DNA from: Macrostomum lignano
Taxonomy: Eukaryota
NCBI GenBank assembly: GCA_002269645.1
Contig: NIVC01000416.1
Span: 434,001 to 498,000, forward strand
DNA: 64,000 nt
Direction of reading: 5' to 3'
Shown: piece after piece, positions 55,901-64,000 of the stretch
Position numbering within the stretch: position 1 is the first letter of the stretch
Layout: every line of letters starts with the position of its first letter
Position numbers and translations under genes: made by a program
Notes under the pieces: model-generated
Told to the model about the DNA's origin: nothing
What the model saw: only the letters and a program-made list of their open reading frames with translations
Databases searched by the model: none

Positions 55901-57959
55901 TAGTAGTAGAGAAAGAATAAGTCCAGTGAGGTGTTCTAGGATTGAAAAAAGTGCTTTCCCATCATTTTAAATAATTGTTCTAAATCAAAATGACTATGAA
56001 GGTATTCCTCTCGCATTTTTCGACGCATATTTAATATATACAATCTCTTGTGGGTGGACCATTTTTCAAGAAGTCCTCAACAGAGCAGAAGCAAATCAAA
56101 CAAACAGCAAAAGAATTCAGTAGGATGGATTTCTCGAGAAGAGACTTCCTTGCTGCCCAACATCAGCTGGGAGCTCGTTAACAGAGAACCGGCCTAAAGG
56201 CTGAAGAAGCCCGGATGGAGGAGACGAGCTGTCGCTGAGCAAGAAAGTAAAGACATGCTGGACATCCCTAGGATCAGAGACCCCTGAAGCGTCGTGGAGC
56301 AGCGGGAAGTCCGTTCGCTGTACCGTGAGCGGAACTCGACTTGACTCAAAAGAGGAAAACAGAGCCAAAGGTGTGGCTATGGTGGCGGCTGCAAGTGCCG
56401 GCACCGACTTCACTATTTTCACGGATGACTTGGTCAGTGCGGAAGGCAGAGGCAGCAGCGAAGCCGTCGTGATGCACTGCGCTGATACCTGCAAGGATGA
56501 CATTGGAACGGGAGACATCATCGAGAAGCCAGCAGGAGAGGTGACCATAGGTGATTTACAGGACCTCGGGCGTAGGGTTAGGCTTGCGTGTGTGCCAGCG
56601 CACTCAATGAGCCAGCCAAGGAGGGCGTGAGATCGCAGCGGGAGCGACTTGAGGCAGACGGAATGCTAAGCTACGGCTTGAGACTGCCAACTTTAGCCTC
56701 GACAGATGCCGCAATGTCTTCGGAGGTGGTAACACGGGGAATAAGACCGCGTTCAGCTCCATAGCCGTCAGCTTCCGCCGTTTTAGATCGGGACGTTCTC
56801 TGGAGCTCGCGTCCGAACTAAGATATCAATAAGGACGCAGAGCGTTGCAGATGCTGCGCGGTCACCTTCTGGACCAGGGCCAGACACGCCATCACTGAGT
56901 TTTCCGACCTATTAGACCAGGGGTCGGCAACCTTTTCTGGGCAAGGGCCAAATAGCCAAATTTTCAAGGGCTCAGGGGCCAATAACATAAAAAAGTGAAA
57001 ACCACATTGCATCCACGGACTATTTAATTGCCATTTAATTAGTTTAACTGCTTAAGTAGTCCGGTAGTAGTTCAGACTGCATCATTTCAGTCTGAACAAA
57101 CAATTTTTTTATTGATGATTATCAAAACCTCAATTTCACCCCAACCATTGAAGTCCCCCAGCCCAAAACCTGCCCTATTCCTTCAATTCTTAATCAAACT
57201 CCAATAAACACCCCCTTCTGGAAACATTCAGCCCATCTTCCCCCACAGAAGGCCAACACAAAGATAAGGGGTGAGAAAGGTGAGATAGAGAGGGGAAGAA
57301 AAAGAAGGTGAACGCATACATGCGCAACCCCCCCCCCCCTAGATTTACACCGCCTGTGAGACTTACTTTTGACCAAAAATGCGACTTACCTATGAAAGAA
57401 AACCTAAACAAAAACAAACTTGATTTCGGGTATACGGCAGAAGTAATGATAACCGTATTATAAAGGCTAAATGCCTCGGCATCTAGTTAGTACTCCATCT
57501 GTATTTTCCGGTGGGGGCCCCTCACCAGCCGGCCGGATCGGCCGGATGTTGCGCATGTACATGTATCAGGTAGAGTGAAGGTTAGAGGGCCGGATACAAT
57601 GCTAGATCAACTTTGTCATCAACAACAACAAACAACAACAACAGCAGCATCAACAGCTAGTGTTCTGTTGGCTCGTGGACGAGATGACCAACAATGTACA
57701 CTTTAATTGTTTTCATAACTTGCATGTGGAAAAGTCTGGCAAATTTACGATGGAAACGAGAAATTCAAAATTTGTAGAGAATTGTACAGTTTGTAGAGAA
57801 CGATTGCATACTCGTATATTTTCTAACTAAATCTGAGTTATCCTTATTTACCAGAAAAGACCGGACTAATCAAGTATAATCGTAAAGAAGGCTTTCTTTG
57901 CCTTTGCTAGTTCAATCAGCAAGCAACTGCCAAGAGCTGTCATTCCCAAAAGCGCTGAA

Positions 57960-58003
57960 ATGCTCAGCCTCTGGTTACTGTGGACATGCAGCATCCTGCT
58001 TGG
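57960..58003 (+). other. Extra copy of signal-peptide exon 1 upstream of gene F
   Basis: Matches 44715-44758, with intact ATG and GTAAGC donor. Confidence 0.75.
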
Positions 58004-59136
58004 GTAAGCAAATAACCTTTTAACAATTGATTACCGCAACAAATATGCAACAAACAAAAAAAGACATCAAGCGCATTTGAAGATACAACTGCTGGTATGA
58101 CTCATTTTTGCACCGCAGGCACTCATTTTTGCGCCGCAGACACTCATTTTGGCGCCATAAGCGGGCACTCATTTTGGCGCCACAAGCATTCATTTTTGCG
58201 CCGCAGATACTCATTTTGGCGCCACAAGCGGGCACTCATTTTGGCGCCAGAGGCACTCATTTTGGCTTCACAGGCACTCATGTTGGTGCCACAGGCAGGC
58301 ACTCATTTTGGCTCCACAGGCATTTATTTTGGCGCCACAGACAGGCACTCATTTTGGCGCCACAGGCATTTATTTTGGCGCCACAGACAGGCACTCATTT
58401 TGGCGCCACAGGCACTCATTTTTGCTATATTTTGGCGCTGTGGGGCAAAATTTTTGATCTTCATAAAGCGTCACAAGGTGGAGTGGCCGGGTCAAAGCAT
58501 TGGCATGTCACCCATAGCTTTTACTGGGAAGGCATGTCCCACTGTACTGTCAACCCCTCGATGGCGACGCGCCTGCGTTAGACATAGTTATCACTATAGA
58601 AGTGTTCAAAGTTACCTGTTATTTGCACTCTCATGCCTCAGTCATGCAATGGAATAGTCGAGCCAATTTCACATGTACAGCCAATAATCCGTTGGCTGTC
58701 CATCCATTTCAGAATGCTACATGTATGTTTTGAAGTCCTTACTGAAATAGCTGTAATAGGCTGTGAAGGGACTGCTTTTTAATGATGTTTACATGTAAAA
58801 CCATAACACTAACTCATTGTACACACAGGCACTTTTGGCATGATTTCGGGTGCGGAGGGGTGGGCAAACGAAAAATTCCATGACAATTTCATGGTCAAGT
58901 ATTTATCGAACCTGTAACTAAACTAAACTACAAGCGATTTAATATTCTTGACAGCTCTGTCCAAACGACCGTATACACTTTCTAACTAAATCTGAATTAT
59001 CCTTTATTTTGCGAGACTTTGTATAAGATTACGAGTTTATAATAAAGCTTATAGTAATAAAGGAGGAAGCTTTCTTGCTGCTGCTAATTCAATCAGCAAG
59101 CAACTGCCAAAAACTGTCATTCCCAAAAGCACTGAA

Positions 59137-61589
59137 ATGCTCAGCCTCTGGTTACTGTGGACATATAGCATCCTGCTTGGGTAAGCAAATCTTTAACAAC
59201 GTATTGTTGTCCTCTTTACAAGAAATACAAAAAGAATACTATATAAGGTCGCTAATACTTGGCTTTTATTGCTTTGAAATGAATGCGTCACGTTCGACCC
59301 GAATAACTACTTTATAAGCCTTGTGGTCGAGGCATGACATTGAATTTTAGCCTAGCTTAAACAACATTTTCGAGTGTAAACGTTGAGCAATCCATTGTCT
59401 ACGACATAATAACTCTTGGTACATGACTACAAAATATTTTTCTGGAAAAAACCAAACTGACTTTCAGAAAACAGGATGTCAAAAAATTAAGATGCCAAAT
59501 CGAATCGGTACACAGAGACACCGAATTTCAAGAAAGGCTATCATGCATGGCAGCTATTTGATTTTGACTTTGTTTTTAGATTTCTCTGGCTTGACAATAC
59601 GCTCGTAGGACAAAGCACTGATTATGACAAAAAAGAAGTTTTCATATATTTATAATATGTCTGAAGCATGCTATCATAAATTAACTTCAAACCTCTCGCA
59701 GAGCCGAGGCGGGACACTACTACTGCCGCGTCGGTGGAACAGTTGTTGAAATCAGCGACCAATATGGACGCGTTGATCACTTGGTACTTCCATGGAAAGA
59801 AAACGCGATCAGTTCAGCCAATATAAGTCACGAATGCAAATGGCAGTTCGAAGGCAATTTTAGTAGTGATCCCATCATGCTCCTGAGAGGATTTGACACA
59901 TCCAAGGTGGACCTGAGTCGCAGAAGGGTCATCAGATCCGCTGAGTCTTCGATTTCTAGTTCGAGTTCGCCAGCTGCACGAATTCAGTACCGATTCGTGC
60001 TCTATCCTTGTGAGTAATCAGATTTAATTTTTCGACTATGGAATTATTAATTCAATCGATTTAATGAAAGTTTTATTGAACGAAAATCATCTTACTGAGT
60101 GGTGACTTTTTCAAGTTATCCAATAAATTACCTAAACATCAAACTGAGCTATAAGCAAATCTACTGAAACGCAGCTCATAGTTTGATTTCAGAAACAATA
60201 ACTTTTAATTCATTTCCTCCTTCAGTCGTTTCTAAAGGAACGTGTCCTGCTAGAGCTAATCGAGACTGGCACTCTGTGGACCTGGACACAGTTCACGCTT
60301 TGCAGCTTTCAAAACGGTCGGTTGTTACCGTTCTCTGAACTGTTGGTTTGGTGAGACTTCATTTTTATTCGAATAGCTGAACCTTCTTTCTCATTTCAGG
60401 GCTGATTTGATTGTCAAGTTCATCGCCAACTCCAGCAGGAATCCCCACGACACACCGGGTCTGCAAATCCAGCTGATGGAGCCCGGATTCTGCAGCACAG
60501 ATGTTGTCTACTTTGAGCACAGCTGCTACTCAATCTCATCGGCTCGGAGGTCGCTGAAATTAGAGCTGACTGCAATCTGCAGAGATGCAGGACTCGCACA
60601 GCTGGCCAGCTTTAACAGCTCCAGCGCTCTGCAGAACTTTGTGGCTCAAAGTAAGCTGCCATGGTTATAAGTGGCTGAGGATTGCATGATTACGCAATTT
60701 GACTCAAACTCTGTCGATGACATTTGCAGGCCAGCTGACCATTGTTGGAACGGGTCTGGACGCCCACAGCAAAACTCCGCTGAATCTCACACAGCCAGTT
60801 CGCATCGGGCTTCTGCACGATCGACTGAATGACTCCATTTTCTACCTGAGTAATTCAAAGGGCGAGCTGGAGCTGAAGCCGCTTGTCGACTCAAATAATC
60901 TGTGAGCATTTTCTCTTTGGATTTGCTCTCCATCAGGTGCCAGTCATAAATTGCTCGTATTTCTTAACTGCAGCTACTACAATGTCCGACCTACGAGCTC
61001 GAGATTCTCGTGCGGCTGCCTCAGACTTGCTCAGACAGCCGATGGCACCGAGGTGCCCTTCGGAGTCGTCGAGTTTGTCAGCTGCAGCGAGTCGCTGCCG
61101 GCGCTGCTCAGCTTTCGAGACACCGCCAGAAACTGCTGCTGCAGCTGCAGCGCCAGAGCAGTGCTCAGCCAGATTAAAGGTGCGGAATCTCACGTAGTTT
61201 TCTGTAAGACTCCCACTGAAGCATCTAACACGACACCCAATCCGAGACCTCGGTCGGAAACCGTATCAAAAATCAGTAGTTCTGATGCTGCTGCTCCGAA
61301 ATCGGATTCCACAGACAGTCGCCGAGAAATTTCGCAAGAGACTGAAATGAAGAGAGTTGACTGCGATTTGTACTTTATTCCATTTTTTGCCGTGCTTGCA
61401 TACGCGATTTTGTTAAGTATAGGCATGATTATTGGCGCTTGCTACTTTTGGTACAGGATTCGCTTGCCTCCACCGGGCTCATTTACTCGTATTTATTACA
61501 CGGAAAGCACGCTGGGGCCAAGCAAGTCTTCAAGTTTAGTTCGTAACCCTGCTGATATTTTATTGGACCCCAGCAACCATTGCAATTAG
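59137..61589 (+). CDS. Gene F: 6-exon CUB-like + CTLD-like type I membrane protein (493 aa predicted)
   Basis: Exons 59137-59180, 59702-60009, 60226-60316, 60400-60650, 60730-60901, 60974-61589; open frame, 1482 nt. Confidence 0.85.
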
Positions 61590-61799
61590 CGAAATTCTCG
61601 TATGTTGTAACGGGACAATAAAATAAAAAATGCACAGTCAAACATATCGTAGTTGACAGATTTGCTTCACTATAATTGTTTTGGTCAGCTCAAATAATTT
61701 TCACTTCAACGATGAGTGAAATTTTATATGCGCGTGTATTGAGGCAACCAATAATGAACTATAGTTATAGTAACATCCAATATTTGATTGTACTAAAAA

Positions 61800-61990
61800 T
61801 CCTATATACTAAAAATGAGTTGTCTGTGGGTATGCGATAGATTTCAGAAAAATTGGCTCAACCGATTTTCTTCAAACTTGCACCATTCGATCAGAAATTT
61901 TCCTGGGACGGTACATGCATCTTGGCTAAGAAATTGCTCAATATTAAAGGGATTAAATATTCGAAAAACATGCTTTTTTGCAAAGGTCAA
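61800..61990 (+). mobile_element. Possible Helitron-like 5' end
   Basis: TCCTATATACTAAAAATGAGTTGTCTGT...GGCTCAACCGATTTTCTTCAAACTTG resembles the common 5' signature of non-autonomous Helitrons; no 3' hairpin identified. Confidence 0.4.
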
Positions 61991-62384
61991 GCAGCTCTTT
62001 TGACCTGAAATGCATTGTAAAAATGCGAGAGAAAAAACTCACTGACTGAATTTCAATTGTGATAAAGATTGCATCACAAGTTGAAAACAGTGTCAAAGAA
62101 ATGCACACACGACTTGATTAAAATTGCGTAACAATATTGCTAACTTAAATTGAGACTGATACTGGCTGACTGAGAAATTGATTATGTCATAACTTTTACT
62201 CTAACTCACTTGCTGTAAGAATTAAATTATAAGGGCCACAATTCACATTCTCCAATTAAAAAGAGATAGCCCAGATGCGAACAGACTGGAATGCTAAAGT
62301 AGCGACCTGAGTTCGAATCTTAGTAGTGCAAAAATTTTTTTATTAAAACACCTTAAAAACACAAAACTGCTAAACATAAAAGAA

Positions 62385-64000
62385 GCGCAATGTCAAACAT
62401 AGAAGAGCAACCATGTCGAACATTAAAGAGCCACCATATCGAACATAAAAGAGTTTTCATGTCAAACATTAAAGAGCCCCCATGTCGAACATTAAAGGGC
62501 CACCATATCGAACATAAAAGAGCTATCATGTCAAACATTAAAAAGCCACCATGTCATCCATAAAAGAGCCACCATTTTGAACATTAAAGAGCCACCATTT
62601 CGAACATTAAAGAGCCACCATGTCAGACATTAAAAAGCCACCGTATCAAACATAAAAGAGTTACCATGTAGAATAAAAAAGAGCCACCATGTCGAACATA
62701 AAAGAGCCACCATGTAAAACATTAAAGAGCCACCATGTAAAACATTAAAAAAGAGCCACCATGTCAAACCTAAACGAGCCACCATGTCGAACATTAAAGA
62801 GCCACCATGTCAAACATAAAAAAGCCATCATGTCAAACCTAAAAGAGGCATCATGTCGAACATTAAAGAGCGACCATTTTGAACATTAAAGAGCCCCATT
62901 TCGAACATTAAAGAGCCACCATTTCAAACATTAAAGAGCCACCATGTCAAACATCAAAGAGCCACCATGTCAAACATCAAAGAGCCACCATGTCAAACAT
63001 TAGAGCCACCATGTCGAACATTAAAGAGCCACAATGTCAAACATAAAAGAGCCACCATGTCAAACATTAAAAAACCACCATGTCGACCATATACGTGATT
63101 CCATGTCGAACATTAAAGAGTCACTATATCAAAAATTAAAGAGCCACCATGTCAAACATCAAAGAGCCACCATGTCAAACATTAGAGCCACAATGTCAAA
63201 AATTAAAAAGCCACCATGTCAAACATAAAAGAGCCACCATGTCAAACATAAAAGAACCACTATATCAAACATTAAAGAGCCACCATTTCAAACATAAAAG
63301 AACCATCATGTCAAACAGAAAAGAGCCACCATGTCAAACATTAAAGAGCTACCATGTCGAACATTAAAGAGCCACCATGTAAAACATAAAAGAGCCACCA
63401 TGTCATACATTAAAGAGCCATCGTGTCGAACATTAAGGAGCCACCATGTCGAACATTAAAGAGCCACCATGTCAAAGATTAAAGAGCCACCATGTCAAAC
63501 TTTTGAGCCACCATGTCGAACATTAAAGAGCCACAACGTCAAAAATTAAAAAGCCATCGTGTCGAACATTAAGGAGCCACCATGTCGAACATTAAAGAGC
63601 CACCATGTCAAAGATTAAAGAGCCACCATTTCAAACATAAAAGAGCCACTATGTAAAACATATATGACTCTATATAAAACATATACGTGACTTCATGTCG
63701 AACATTAAAGAGCCACCATGTCAAACATATAGGAGACTTTATTTCAAACATAAAAGAGCCACCATGTTGAACATTATAGAGCTACCATGTCAAACATTAA
63801 AGAGCCACCATATCAAACATTAAAGTGCCATCGTGTCGAACATTAAAGAGCCACCATGTCAAACATTCGAGCCACCATGTCGAACATTAAAGAGCCACAA
63901 CGTCAAAAATTAAAGAGCCACCATGTCGAACATTAAAGAGCCACCATGTCAAACATATATGTGACTCCATGTCGAACATAAAAGAGCCACCATGTAGAAC
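62385..64000. repeat. Degenerate ~23-bp minisatellite (catgtcgaacattaaagagccac), runs off the window
   Basis: Seen directly. Confidence 0.93.

Noticed and set aside
62265-62335. tRNA/SINE-like B-box (gagttcgaatc)
   Set aside because: No convincing cloverleaf or A-box; single occurrence.

Overview
Eukaryotic (animal) genomic DNA with short GT-AG introns and very dense mini/microsatellites; the style suggests a Macrostomum-like flatworm (inference only). The window opens in the right part of a Polinton/Maverick element: small basic core-like protein, major capsid, adenain-type protease interrupted by one TGA, and packaging ATPase. The host content, mostly invisible in the ORF track and reconstructed by hand from splice sites and phases, is a tandem cluster of six + strand single-pass receptor genes. 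Five encode signal peptide - CUB-like - degenerate C-type-lectin-like - stalk - TM - short tail (A 4675-6972, B 12214-16808, D 24691-39490, E 45943-48409, F 59137-61589). One is a 13-exon, 751-aa receptor with discoidin-like, three Ig-like and one FN3/Ig-like domains and a tyrosine/proline-motif tail (C 17783-23648). D/E/F sit in a recent ~9-kb tandem duplication and E is a D/F mosaic. Mobile elements include a young Gypsy retrotransposon in a (GACA)n tract, an intact-looking P/THAP9 transposon nested in a putative solo LTR, a MITE family, and an unclassified TIR element carrying a 67-bp satellite. Domain names come from motif recognition by eye, not database searches.
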